A stretch of 64,000 bases of DNA from Octopus bimaculoides. Lineage: Eukaryota. The DNA is taken from NCBI RefSeq assembly GCF_001194135.2, contig NC_068985.1, positions 122,941,044 through 123,005,043 on the forward strand. The letters are read 5' to 3'. Within the stretch, counting starts at the first letter, position 1, and the number at the start of each line of letters is the position of its first letter. The position numbers and the translations under genes are program-made. The notes under the pieces were generated by a model. It did no database searches. It was not told the DNA's origin and saw only the letters and a program-made list of their open reading frames with translations. This document shows positions 13,284 to 26,402 of this stretch, piece after piece.

Positions 13284-13572
13284 GAAAGGAACGGAAATAT
13301 AAGAAATTAAAAGGAATCATAAGTATCAAAGGCTTCAAAATACTAAGATTTAAACACATAATGTAAAATTTAACGTTAAACGTTAAATTACATTAAACGT
13401 TTTAAAATATTTATTTGGAAGCTACATCTTAAGCAAATAATAATTGGTAATCTAAGATAAATTCTTTAGTCGTATTAAAAAGTAGCGACGCGGAACTAAA
13501 CGTAACGATGGTAAGAATTTCAGTTTTCAGTTTGGTTGCTTTTATTATTATTAATCCTCAATTCTACCTTGG

Positions 13573-13803
13573 TTTCAAATTTTGGCACAAGGTTAGCAAT
13601 TTGGTGTGCGCGTGTGTGGGGCGGGATAGGGTGTTGGTAAATCGATTACATCGACACCAGTATACAACTGGTACTTATTTTTTCAACACCGAAAAGATGA
13701 AAGGCAAGGTCAACCTCGGTGGAATTTGAACTCAGAATGTAACGACGGACGAAATGCCGCTAAGCATTTCGCCCAGCGTGCTAACGCTTCTGTCAGCTCT
13801 CCG
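13573..13803 (-). mobile_element. SINE family A, near full length
   Basis: Reverse strand: GGAGAGCTGACAGAAGCGTTAGCACGC head, GAGTTCAAATTCC B-box-like motif, GACCTTGCCTTTCATC core. Confidence 0.85.
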
Positions 13804-13938
13804 ACGTAATCCTCAGTTATGTATAAAATACTTCCCATCATGTTTGTGCGTGCTAATGTGTGTGTGCTAATGTGTCTGCATGTGCTAGTGTGTGTATGTA
13901 TGTGTGTTCGCGTGTGTGTAGTATATATGTATATCACG

Positions 13939-13972
<34 letters not shown>

Positions 13973-14173
13973 TACACACACATATATATATATATATATG
14001 TATATATNNNNNNNNNNNNNNNNNNNNNNNNNNNNNNNNNNNNNNNNNNNNNNNNNNNNNNNNNNNNNNNNNNNNNNNNNNNNNNNNNNNNNNNNNNNNN
14101 NNNNNNNNNNNNNNNNNNNNNNNNNNNNNNNNNNNNNNNNNNNNNNNNNNNNNNNNNNNNNNNNNNNNNNNNN

Positions 14174-14208
<35 letters not shown>

Positions 14209-14949
14209 TAACCTTTGATTGTATGTCTCTCTCGCTATATATATATATATGTTGACAGATAGATAGATAGGTAGATAATGAGAGAGAGAGAGAGACGGGG
14301 AGAGATAGACAGATGATATAGATATAGATTTACACACAAACATATGCATATACATACATACATTCATACACACACGTGTGTGTGTGTGTGTGTTGACAAC
14401 ATACTGTGCATTGTCATTTATGCGTGATTATCAAGCATAGTCTCGTCATAGAGCAATGAAATGTCAAAACCTTTCATTCTCGAGATGTTTGTGGCAATGA
14501 ACGTGTTTGTAGTGTGCACTATAGGTGTTTGCGTGAAGGAGATAGCAATAGAAGTGGAAGTGGTGGTGGTGATGGTGATGATGGTGGCGCTTCCTGGTGG
14601 AAACCGTTATAATGACAGTGATGATGCTAGTGGCGATAATACAGTATTGGTGATGTTGGAGTTGTTGCACCAGCAACATCTAGGAAAGTTATAAAGTAAA
14701 GAAATACGAGCAAGTCATCTTACTTGTAAGCGTAGAAAAGAAGAGGCAGCCGATATTATATTTGCAGTTATATAAATATAAACCAGCACCACCTATTATC
14801 AAAAGAAAAAGAACCCCCTGTGAACTTTCTGCATTGTTAACTCCATCTGCTAGCAATAAGCAGTCAAGTATATCTCAAATCGCCCCTGTCTCCAGTCATA
14901 TTGTGGACCTTACCCTGTTACTCGCGACCGAATATAGCTTGGTGACATA

Positions 14950-15126
14950 CTCTTTTACTTGTTTCAATCTTTTGACTGCGGCCATGCTGGAGCACCGCCT
15001 TTAGTCGAGCAGATCGACCCCAGGACTTATTCTTTGGAAGCCTAGTACTTATTCTATCGGTCTCTTTTGCCGAACCGCTAAGTTACGGGGACGTAAACAC
15101 ACCAGCATTGGTTGTCAAGCGATGTT

Positions 15127-15172
<46 letters not shown>

Positions 15173-15352
15173 CATATACATATATACGACGGGCTTCTTT
15201 CAGTTTCCGTCTACCAAATCCACTCACAAGGCTTTGGTCGGCCCGAGGCTATAGTAGAAGAGACTTGCCCAAGGTGCCACGCAGTGGGACTGAACCCGGC
15301 ACCATGTGGTTGGTAAGCATGCTACTTACCGCGCAGCCACTCCTACGCCTAT
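14950..15352 (-). mobile_element. SINE family B (tRNA head, CORE-like GGCACCTTGGGCAAG motif, internal CA/TA microsatellite), full length
   Basis: Reverse strand begins AGGCGTAGGAGTGGCTGCGCGGTAAG...GGGTTCAGTCCC; homologous to 25168-25590 and 56470-56960. Confidence 0.9.
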
Positions 15353-15896
15353 ATGTGGAAATATTTCTGCCAATTGTTTTAGGTGACGCTGTAGTCACGT
15401 GCAGACGCAAGCATAACTCACTTCCTTCCTTGTTGACCCAGTGTGTGACAGTTGTAGGGGAAAGACGGCTGTATAAATATCCTGACAGATGCTTAGTAAA
15501 AGCGAGTAGAGTGGAGCAACGTGAAGTAAAGCATCTTCCTGAAGGATGCAATGCATCATCCTGCCAAGGAAACGAACGTACCACTATGTGCTCGTGAGTG
15601 GAACGCCCTAACGGCTTGGTCATATCTTAAGCATAAAGAAACAACTCCGATATTGCTGTCATAGATATAAAAGTGAAAGGGCAGTGATGGCCTCACCTAG
15701 TCTGAACAAACTTAACTACAATGACATCATCATCATCATCATCATTAGCAGCAGCAGTGGCAGCAGCAGTAGCAGCAGCAGTAGCAAAGATAATGAAATC
15801 ATCTTAGCAAACGAATAAACTAGTATGTAAAATGCGAAATGTATTAATCTACATTTATTACGCGCACGCGTACACATATATTGGTTTAAATATATC

Positions 15897-16156
15897 ATCA
15901 TCATCATCATCGTCGTCGTTTAATGTCCGCTTTCCATGCTAGCATGGGTTGGACGACTTGACTGAGAACTGGTGAAACCGGATGGCAACACCAGGCTCCA
16001 ATCTAAATTTGGCAGAGTTTCTACAGCTGGATGCCCTTCCTAACGCCAACCACTCAGAGAGTGTAGTAGGTCCTTTTACGTGTCACCTGCACGAAGGGCA
16101 GTCAGGCGATACTGGCAACGGCCACGCTCGAAATGGTGTCTTTTATGTGCCACCCG
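15897..16156 (-). mobile_element. SINE family C with (GAT)n tail (probably RTE-mobilised), runs into a gap
   Basis: (ATC)n tail followed by GTTTAATGTCCGCTTTCCATGCTAGCATGGGTTGGACG and GGATGCCCTTCCTAACGCCAACC; the ORF at 15982 is only its antisense read. Confidence 0.65.
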
Positions 16157-19100
16157 NNNNNNNNNNNNNNNNNNNNNNNNNNNNNNNNNNNNNNNNNNNN
16201 NNNNNNNNNNNNNNNNNNNNNNNNNNNNNNNNNNNNNNNNNNNNNNNNNNNNNNNNNNNNNNNNNNNNNNNNNNNNNNNNNNNNNNNNNNNNNNNNNNNN
16301 NNNNNNNNNNNNNNNNNNNNNNNNNNNNNNNNNNNNNNNNNNNNNNNNNNNNNNNNNNNNNNNNNNNNNNNNNNNNNNNNNNNNNNNNNNNNNNNNNNNN
16401 NNNNNNNNNNNNNNNNNNNNNNNNNNNNNNNNNNNNNNNNNNNNNNNNNNNNNNNNNNNNNNNNNNNNNNNNNNNNNNNNNNNNNNNNNNNNNNNNNNNN
16501 NNNNNNNNNNNNNNNNNNNNNNNNNNNNNNNNNNNNNNNNNNNNNNNNNNNNNNNNNNNNNNNNNNNNNNNNNNNNNNNNNNNNNNNNNNNNNNNNNNNN
16601 NNNNNNNNNNNNNNNNNNNNNNNNNNNNNNNNNNNNNNNNNNNNNNNNNNNNNNNNNNNNNNNNNNNNNNNNNNNNNNNNNNNNNNNNNNNNNNNNNNNN
16701 NNNNNNNNNNNNNNNNNNNNNNNNNNNNNNNNNNNNNNNNNNNNNNNNNNNNNNNNNNNNNNNNNNNNNNNNNNNNNNNNNNNNNNNNNNNNNNNNNNNN
16801 NNNNNNNNNNNNNNNNNNNNNNNNNNNNNNNNNNNNNNNNNNNNNNNNNNNNNNNNNNNNNNNNNNNNNNNNNNNNNNNNNNNNNNNNNNNNNNNNNNNN
16901 NNNNNNNNNNNNNNNNNNNNNNNNNNNNNNNNNNNNNNNNNNNNNNNNNNNNNNNNNNNNNNNNNNNNNNNNNNNNNNNNNNNNNNNNNNNNNNNNNNNN
17001 NNNNNNNNNNNNNNNNNNNNNNNNTATATATATATATATATCTGTTTATGCAGTTATTGACTTATTTCATTTGTTAATTTGTATCACTCACACCTGTTTG
17101 TAATAATTTAATAAATAGATATAATTGAATGTTTACTGGCTGATGTTTGTCGATTGTATATCCTCTCCATTTTCTTATGATATAAGGTATATATATATAT
17201 ATATATATATATACATACCTTGGTTTCGATTCCAGTCTAATCAGAAGGCAGAACCTTTAGATGGAATGGAAACTTATGATGCTTATGTCCTTTTCTTTAA
17301 ACCAGCATAAATGAAATTGTTTCCGTCAGGAATCGAAACCATTTCATGTGTATTTGTATTTATTAGGAGCTTACTACTCGCTTTAGAGTGCTTCCTTCAA
17401 TATTATTCAGTTCCTCACGTAATGACAGAAAATTAGTCCTCACCAGGTAAGATTTCTTTTTTAAAGAACAACAAAATAAAATAAAACAGAGAAAAACCAG
17501 CAAAGTATAATTTAATTTATTTTGTAAAACCAGAAATCAAAATACATAATAAAAGCCACGCACCCCCTTAAAGAATGAAAATGTCGGCTTTGGGTAAACA
17601 TCGATAATATTTAATACATAATTAGACCGAATGAAATAGTAACCGGTTAGAAATACACTGCAACACAAATACACAAGGGCAATAGAAAGAAATTCTCTCA
17701 CTAAACGTTCGATAACTAATTGTTCTCTTGTTCATTGCCACTATAATACAATGTTCCAGTTGATTACTCAAAATAATTTCGTTGGAACAAATATCCAATG
17801 CGTATTGTTCTGCCTCGTAGATTTTTATTCTTTCGTTTCGTTTCTCTTTGTGTAGTTTTATTTCGTTGATTCGCGATGATTATAGGAGGAAATGTTATAT
17901 ACATGGACACATATATATGAACATGCATACATATGAACATGCATACATATATACGAACATACATTCATATGAAGCAAATATAAATAAAAGAAATCGTCTA
18001 ATTAATTTTGAAACAAATTAACAGTAGTCAGAAACTATACAGCTTGGAGATAATTATGAAACATACTATTATTCATTTGTTAGTATCTGCGCTGTGTTGT
18101 AATTTACGCAGTCAATCATTTGATTGCAAACGTATGGGTTGAGAAAACCCACGAGAAATATGTTTTTAGCTGTGAATGGATAAACGAAACAGCAGTGGGT
18201 AAGGAGTTATTGTACTTTTACAAAGACGCTCACATGCTTGAACACACACAAACACACACACACGATCTCCACACATGTACAGGAAGCAAAGTTATAAAAG
18301 GTTTGTTGCAGGTGTTGATATATATATGGCCGTATGGGGGTCTAACAGCTATTATGCGTTGATGTATGAATATCTTGTAAAAATTATGGCGGACTGCATT
18401 GCAGTAATTGGATATTATTTGTTTGCATAACTCACCTTTACCGGATCTATTACTCCTCTGCATTGTAAGCTATGCATTTCGCATTGATATGAGTTATACC
18501 CAGATATTTTCTGTTTTCACTCCGTCCACTAATCTATAGAGGAATTTGCAAATAGTTTTGACAGACGTTGGTGTGTAATGGAAGTAAACGCTTTCGATTA
18601 TATAAATTCTAAAATATTCGAGATATTATATTGGCATTACCGCATTACCAGATAATAGGTATTTTGTTATTTATCTTTATGGAACTGGCCATAAAGTACA
18701 GCCAGTTTTCATTCGCAAGCGAATATGGTTTAGTAGTATGTACTATATTTTCGTTAAATGTTTTAGGTGCCTATGTAGCCAGGAGTGACAAGAGACTTTC
18801 TCAATCTCCTCACTTTTGACCCAGCAAACCATCTAGCATTTAACTACTCGAGTAGGAGATGGGTGCGCTAGCACCCAGCTGATATTCATTATATCTAAGT
18901 AGACTGGAGCTGCGAGAAATGAAGTGCCTTGCTGAAGGACGCCACGCGTTTCCCTGTCCATGAACTGAACTCACTGCCAATGTGGCACACATTTTCACAC
19001 TTATAAGAATAGTAGTTCCCAAATCATTCTTTCTTTATATATATATATATATATATATATCAAAATAAGCAACACGGATTTCAAAAATGATTGCAGTACG

Positions 19101-21625
19101 CACGTTTCATGCTACTCCATTTATTTAAGTAATGCGAGCATTACATTAAATGCAATATGAAGAGCAATCTTCAGCTGCAGGAAAAATACAGAATCTGATT
19201 TTCTGCATTTTTCCTGCAGNNNNNNNNNNNNNNNNNNNNNNNNNNNNNNNNNNNNNNNNNNNNNNNNNNNNNNNNNNNNNNNNNNNNNNNNNNNNNNNNN
19301 NNNNNNNNNNNNNNNNNNNNNNNNNNNNNNNNNNNNNNNNNNNNNNNNNNNNNNNNNNNNNNNNNNNNNNNNNNNNNNNNNNNNNNNNNNNNNNNNNNNN
19401 NNNNNNNNNNNNNNNNNNNNNNNNNNNNNNNNNNNNNNNNNNNNNNNNNNNNNNNNNNNNNNNNNNNNNNNNNNNNNNNNNNNNNNNNNNNNNNNNNNNN
19501 NNNNNNNNNNNNNNNNNNNNNNNNNNNNNNNNNNNNNNNNNNNNNNNNNNNNNNNNNNNNNNNNNNNNNNNNNNNNNNNNNNNNNNNNNNNNNNNNNNNN
19601 NNNATATATATATATATATATATATACTTATTAACCATTCTTGAGGGGGTGTATATAACATTTTTAGTGATATATATACAGGATAAGTTTTCAGTATGGT
19701 GAAAAACGACAACTAGATCTATAAATACTCACCTTTTTCATATTTGCCAACGAAGTAACCTCGGTGTGGTCCTACTATCCATTATAAATTACTATAAAAT
19801 TGCATCGATTACACTCATTTACCCTTGAAAAGAGATCCATACATTGGATAATGCATTCCTAATTCCTACATATACAAAAAGTGATTTAGTCATGGTTGGG
19901 TTGTCCGTGATCATAAGTCTGTACGGTCCTAGCGGAACTAGAGCAAAACATCATTAGCAACAGTTTTAATGATTTTATATATAAAGTATCGCATGATTTG
20001 TGTAACAATTACAAATGACAACTGCGTAAGATGTTCGTACATCAAGAAAAGCTGCGGGCAAGGACCAAATGCAAGTAAATGTTCTGTTGTTATTCTTATA
20101 CTTGCAAAAAATGATAATGTTATTTTAACGTGCCCGAGTGCACACACTCACGCACTCATACAAGTACAAACACACACACACACACACACACACGTATCGC
20201 CGTCTTCGTCTTCTAATTCCATTTATACCTAGGAAACCTCATACAGTTATTTATCGATTCCAGTACATAACCCCGGAAGGATGAAACGTAAATTCATCTT
20301 CAGTAAAATATAAACAATGCATTTTCTCCGATTTTGTCAATCTAGAATTTGACGGTGGAGGTGTACAGAAGAAAATCTTCTTCGTTAAATAGTATAGGTA
20401 TTCCTTGGAATACGCGAGTATGTGCTGCCCACCAGCTACATAGCATAAGAAAGAAAAAGGAAGGGAACGTATAGAGAAAGAGTGAGAGAGAGAGCGAGAG
20501 CGAGTGAGTGACAGGATTTATTTCAATATGTAGTCTTAACATCTAATTGAACCATGAAGATTTAATTGGTCCCATGTCACTTTAACATAGAATTCATTCT
20601 GTCAGACAAAGCAACACTATCCATAGACTGCGATTTTCTTTACCTTTTCCTAATTTTCTATTTCTATAACTAATCATTGCAGTGGACAAGTCATATATAT
20701 GGAACTCTCTTTATAGCAACAAGCGTTACATTCTGAACACACTGTCATTACCAAGTATCTTGAGGTCGTTACATATTAAAAGATATCATGCTGCATATAT
20801 ATATATATATATATAATGAAATGATACTAGCCTACAGACAACGGTTTCTGTCGCTAATTGCTGAATGGAGGTTATATTAATTTCAGTTACTTTCCGCAAA
20901 GTGAAACTATCTGGAAATTTCCACACTAGCTCAGGATATAAGATTATTATTTAAGAAATTTTCTTCATATGTCCGCGCGCGCGCGCGTATGTGCTTGTGT
21001 GTGTGTGTGTGTATACAAAGAAAAAATGAGAGAGAGAGAGATAAAGAGAGGTAGACTGTCGGGGAGAAAGATGTATTTATGAATATGTATACAGGCACGC
21101 AAACCTGCATGTACACACATAAATACACATGCATGAGAGGAATGAATACTGACTGTATATGCCTTGATTTTGCTAAAGCGTTTGATGAGATTGTTCATAG
21201 AATCATCTGCCATAAGCTTAGCAATCTGGGTATCACAGGAAAACTCAGAGAATGGCTCTTTGATATCTTAAGGGGTAGGAATCAATCTGTTGCTACAAAC
21301 GGTTTTCTTTCTGCAAAGTTACCTGTAATAAATGGTATACCTCAGTGTACTATTCCTGAATCATTTTCATTTATTGTAACGATATCAGGTATAGACTCAC
21401 AAATGCAGACGGTCAGTCTGACGGGCTACGCCGATTATACAAAAATATCGATGGCTGTTCAAACTCCTGGAGATGCCATCATACTCTAAAATGAGCTAAA
21501 CCTCATTTATCAACGAGCAGACAAAAGCAATACGAAATTTAATACATCAAAATTACAGGTTCTACATTACAGAAGGAATACAATAACCCCTCACCATATC
21601 GCGGTTAATTATTTAAGCTTACGTC

Positions 21626-21837
21626 AAGGCAGCGAGCTAGCAGGAACGTTAGCGCGCCGGGCGAAATGCTTAGCAGTATTTCGTCTGTCTTTACATTCTG
21701 AGTTCAAATTCGCCGAGGTCGACTTTGCCTTTCATCCTTTCGAGGTCGATAAATTAAGTACCAGTTGCATACTGAGATCGATCTAAATGACTGCCCCCTC
21801 CCCCAAAGTTTCGGGCCTTGTGCCGAGAGTAGAAAAG
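21626..21837 (+). mobile_element. SINE family A, full length, with a perfect 18-bp TSD
   Basis: ATTATTTAAGCTTACGTC at 21608-21625 and 21838-21855; head AAGGCAGCGAGCTAGCAG; core GAGGTCGACTTTGCCTTTCATCCTTTCGAGGTCGATAAA. Confidence 0.92.
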
Positions 21838-21933
21838 ATTATTTAAGCTTACGTCGATTCCTCCGTCCTGTTTTGTATTTATAAAAAATGAATATATATA
21901 AATTATAAGAATAAGAATATAACATACACGGTA

Positions 21934-22022
21934 CAGTACTCTTTCTACTTCGCGGATTTTCACATATCGCGGGGGAGGAGGTGTTCTGAAACGTAACAGC
22001 CGCGATAATCGAGGGACTACTG
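21934..22022. mobile_element. 89-bp pogo/Tigger-like MITE
   Basis: Imperfect TIRs CAGTACTCTTTCTACTTCGCGG / reverse complement CAGTAGTCCCTCGATTATCGCGG, with TA on both sides. Confidence 0.65.
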
Positions 22023-22784
22023 TATACACAAATCACATAATTTGACATCATATAGCACAATGATTCAAAGTGCTAATGAATCACGGGATTTAAAAGTAAT
22101 CGTGTCAAATGATGCATCCTTCATCAGCAAAATCATCAAAGTGACCTCAAAAAGGTGACATCTCGTAAGAGGGATCGTACGAATCTTCGTGACAAGAGAA
22201 CCGCTAGTTATGCTGACTTCTTAGTTCTGAACAGATTAGATTACTACTCACAGTATTGGTCTCCAAACACATTCAGCGTTTTGGAAGAGATCGAAGTGTT
22301 ACAAAGAGTATTCACCAGTAAAATAACTTCATTTAAAAGCCTTAACTATTAGGAACGTCTGAAAGCTCTGCGCCTCTGCTCTCCTGAACGTCGCAGAGAT
22401 AGATATGTATAGAAAATACTGTTAGCTTCCACATATACCACCTTTGAAATCAAAAGGGAAAATATTACTGTACCAGTCTGATATTTTTAGGTCTTCAATT
22501 GTTCAACTGCTTACCTAAAGAAATCATAAATATAAAAGGGACCTCTTTTGAAACATAAAAAGAGCAGAAACAAACTGGGTAAACTCCTAACGATGATACG
22601 GGATCAGCCAACCATTCAAGGATACACTCAAGCAAAATCAGCTGCTACAAAGTCAATCATAGATCAATTTACATTCATAAAACAACAAAGAGACTCTGAA
22701 AATAAATTAAGGCAGTGCTCAAGCATGAACGCAATCCTACGACTGAAACCACATAAAGAATATATATATATATATATACGCTAC

Positions 22785-23130
22785 CACCTTGCGGTGTCTT
22801 CTGGTGCATCCACAGCCATCTTGATGGCCTCCCACATACTGGCCCCAGCAATGCCTAGTACATTAATTTGTAGAGGGACTGACCTGCGCACGCCACCTCG
22901 TTGGGATCATATCATATTTGCTTCAATTCTACATCAGCTCAGCAGACATCCTTCGCATTCTCTTGTTCTTACGGAATTACCTACTTAGATGCTTCTAAGA
23001 TCAGCACCCAGTCTTTGGCTGTTGCAAGTAGGCTCGGGGAAATGGGAATGAAAGCTGCCGTCTTCTCACCACACTTGACAGGGGTCATAATTTTCGTAGG
23101 GCGAAGGTATTTGCAATGGCTAATCCCATT
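22785..23130 (-). mobile_element. HERO-like RLE non-LTR retrotransposon 3' relic, internally deleted
   Basis: PVKCGEK...LLATAKDWVL, EVACAGQSL, VLGIAG...EAIK..VDAPEDTARW, resembling the HERO C-terminal pattern LLATA.DW / EVGCRG..GQSL / LGI.G / AE.ASRW. Confidence 0.55.
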
Positions 23131-23169
23131 GCGGATGATGACTCGGTGATATTCAGTACCTGATCATGC

Positions 23170-23365
23170 ATTTAGCTGTAGCGTCCTTCAACGAAAACCT
23201 CCCAACTCCAACAATGACCTCCATCGACCATCAAATGTAACAAATGCAGACAATTGTTTCACGCAAAAATCGACCTTTCTAGTCATCGGAGACTCCGACA
23301 TAAATGAAGTAGTACAAACGATAGAATACTCGGAAACAAGGAATAACCGAAAGCGATCCCTGTAT
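23170..23365 (+). mobile_element. RTE-clade LINE 3' end
   Basis: PSTIKCNKCRQLFHAKIDLSSHRRLRHK*, the C-terminal C2H2-like motif of RTE/BovB-type ORFs, followed by a short 3' UTR. Confidence 0.65.
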
Positions 23366-23389
23366 GTGCCAGTGTCTGCGCATGTGCAA

Positions 23390-23806
23390 AGGCGGCGAGC
23401 TGGCAGAGACGTTAGCACGCCGGGAAAAATTCTTAGCAGTATTTCGTCTGCCGTTACGTTGAGTTCAAATTCCACCGAGGTCGACTTTGCCTTTCATCCT
23501 TTCAGGATCCATAAAATAAGTACCAATTACGCACCAGTGTAATCGACTTAATGCCTTTGTCTGTCCTTGTTTGTCCCCTCTATGTTTAGCCCCTTGTGGG
23601 CAATAAAGAAATAAGAAACGTTAGCACGCTGGGCGAAATGCTTAGCGGTATTTCGTCTGTCTTTATGTTCTGAGTTCAAATTCCGTCGAGGTCGACTTTA
23701 CTTTCATTTTTTCGGGGGTCGATAAATTATTGCGTACTGGGGTCGATCTAATCGACTGGCCCCCTCCCCCTAAATCGCTGACCTTGTGCCTAGAGTAGAA
23801 AAGAAT
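23390..23806 (+). mobile_element. Head-to-tail dimer of family A SINEs with different tails
   Basis: Copy 1 (23390-~23605) ends in a GCCCCTTGTGGGCAATAAAGAAATAAG tail; copy 2 starts at AGAAACGTTAGCACG and ends GTGCCTAGAGTAGAAAAG. Confidence 0.85.
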
Positions 23807-24552
23807 ATAATGTATAATGTGTAATATTAATTGCAGGTATTTTTAATTGGTTTCATTTGAAGTGTGGGTACCTTATTTCAGTCTAGTAGGTTAATAGTGC
23901 TGCCGCCAAGCTGAGGAGGTATTTTCCAGAATTATAGCGTTATGCATTGATTTTAAATACACCAATAATACAAATACATAAGCCCACAAGCAGAAACAGA
24001 AGCAAATATAATGTAAGTGCACCTAGCATTAATGTACGATTCGTCATATATGCCTGAAGCTAAATTCTTCTTTGTTTAGAAAAATAATGAAAAGGTATCT
24101 TTATATATATGACTGTAAATATATGTATATGTATATAAGANNNNNNNNNNNNNNNNNNNNNNNNNNNNNNNNNNNNNNNNNNNNNNNNNNNNNNNNNNNN
24201 NNNNNNNNNNNNNNNNNNNNNNNNNNNNNNNNNNNNNNNNNNNNNNNNNNNNNNNNNNNNNNNNNNNNNNNNNNNNNNNNNNNNNNNNNNNNNNNNNNNN
24301 NNNNNNNNNNNNNNNNNNNNNNNNNNNNNNNNNNNNNNNNNNNNNNNNNNNNNNNNNNNNNNNNNNNNNNNNNNNNNNNNNNNNNNNNNNNNNNNNNNNN
24401 NNNNNNNNNNNNNNNNNNNNNNNNNNNNNNNNNNNNNNNNNNNNNNNNNNNNNNNNNNNNNNNNNNNNNNNNNNNNNNNNNNNNNNNNNNNNNNNNNNNN
24501 NNNNNNNNNNNNNNNNNNNNNNNNNNNNNNNNNNNNNNNNNNNNNNNNNNNN

Positions 24553-24586
<34 letters not shown>

Positions 24587-25167
24587 TATATATTTGAATT
24601 TATATGCGTACTTATATTTACATATACACTAATATGAACAATGTGCGCGCAAGAATGATGCTACTTGTATTTGATTGAATCTGGAACAGTATACGACAAA
24701 AGAATTGGAAAGCTAAAAACAAGACGGCTAGAGTTGAAGTTTAAATTTAAAGTCTTCCTTATAATACATACATACATACAGACAGACAGACAGATAGACA
24801 GTCAGACAGACATGCATACATACATACATTCATACATACATGCATACATACATGTCTACATACATACTTACATACACCAATCTACATACATATATCAATC
24901 TGCATATATATACATATACATAATCGCATACACATATATCTATGCACATGTATCCGCTATACATACAGTATATCTGATCATAATCTATATATGTTTACGC
25001 ATGTTTGTATGTGTACGTGCGTATTCTATTTACATCAGTCTCCACATTATTTAAAATACAATGAGGAATTACAATACATACTCTAATTAAGTTATGCATT
25101 GAATAATATAAATTCTTATGATATTTTACATATCAAGTAAGTTGTATTTATTCTCCTTTTCTTTTAT

Positions 25168-25590
25168 TCTTTTATTTGTTTCAGTCATTTGACTGCGGCC
25201 ATGCTTGAGCACCGCCTTTAGTCGAGCAAATCTTCTTTTTTGTAAGCCTAGTAATTATTCTATCGGTCTCTTAGGCCGAACCGCTAAGTTACAGGGACGT
25301 AGACATACCAAAATCGGTTGTCAAGCGATGTTGGGAAGACAAACACAGACACACAAACATATATGCATAAATGTATATATACGACAAGCTTCAGCTACCA
25401 AATATATATATACGACAGGCTTCTACCAAATATATATATACGACAGGCTTCTACCAAATCCACTCACAAGGCTTTGGTCGGCCCGAAGCTACAGTAGAAG
25501 ACACTCGCCCAAGGTGCCACGCAGTGGGACTGAACCCGGACCCATGTGGTTGGTAAGCAAGCGATTTACCACACAGCCACTCCTGCACCT
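25168..25590 (-). mobile_element. SINE family B with an internal triplication
   Basis: Homologous to 14950-15352; ATATATATACGACA(A/G)GCTT..CTACCAAAT is repeated three times at ~25373-25460. Confidence 0.9.
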
Positions 25591-25848
25591 ATGTTGTAGA
25601 CACAAAAAAAAAAACAAACAAAAAAACAAGAAGCCCTACAGCGACGCACTAATTTAAAGAGCTGCATTCTCCATCTTAGCTTGATATTTCCCCTCGACGT
25701 GACAGATTTTGTGTTGCATATAGTGTGCTTGTAATATCCAATCTGGTATATACACCATCATCTTACTTGTAGCCTGTGATTGGTTGTATGTTCTGGTATA
25801 TATATATATATATATATATGTTCTGGTATATATATATATATATATATA

Positions 25849-25900
<52 letters not shown>

Positions 25901-26348
25901 NNNNNNNNNNNNNNNNNNNNNNNNNNNNNNNNNNNNNNNNNNNNNNNNNNNNNNNNNNNNNNNNNNNNNNNNNNNNNNNNNNNNNNNNNNNNNNNNNNNN
26001 NNNNNNNNNNNNNNNNNNNNNNNNNNNNNNNNNNNNNNNNNNNNNNNNNNNNNNNNNNNNNNNNNNNNNNNNNNNNNNNNNNNNNNNNNNNNNNNNNNNN
26101 NNNNNNNNNNNNNNNNNNNNNNNNNNNNNNNNNNNNNNNNNNNNNNNNNNNNNNNNNNNNNNNNNNNNNNNNNNNNNNNNNNNNNNNNNNNNNNNNNNNN
26201 NNNNNNNNNNNNNNNNNNNNNNNNNNNNNNNNNNNNNNNNNNNNNATATGATCGTGATATCTGTATGTGCCTGACTTGTGAATGTAGTTATTTGTATGTC
26301 TATATCTATGTATTTCTATGCACACCCCAGTTCACTCACCCACCCACT

Positions 26349-26402
<54 letters not shown>

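Larger units (their letters stand above)
21130..22760 (+). mobile_element. CR1/L2-group LINE reverse transcriptase relic with nested insertions
   Basis: LDFAKAFDEIVH, NGIPQCT, GYADYTKI, FNTSKLQVLHY (21130-21575). It resumes with LDYYSQYWSP...EVLQRVFTSKI...LNY*ERLKALRL...ERRRDRY (22240-22400). Confidence 0.85.

Noticed and set aside
14762-14900. YKYKP...KRKR peptide resembling an HMG-box tail
   Set aside because: No HMG helices upstream, no convincing donor site, and the ORF runs into a SINE.
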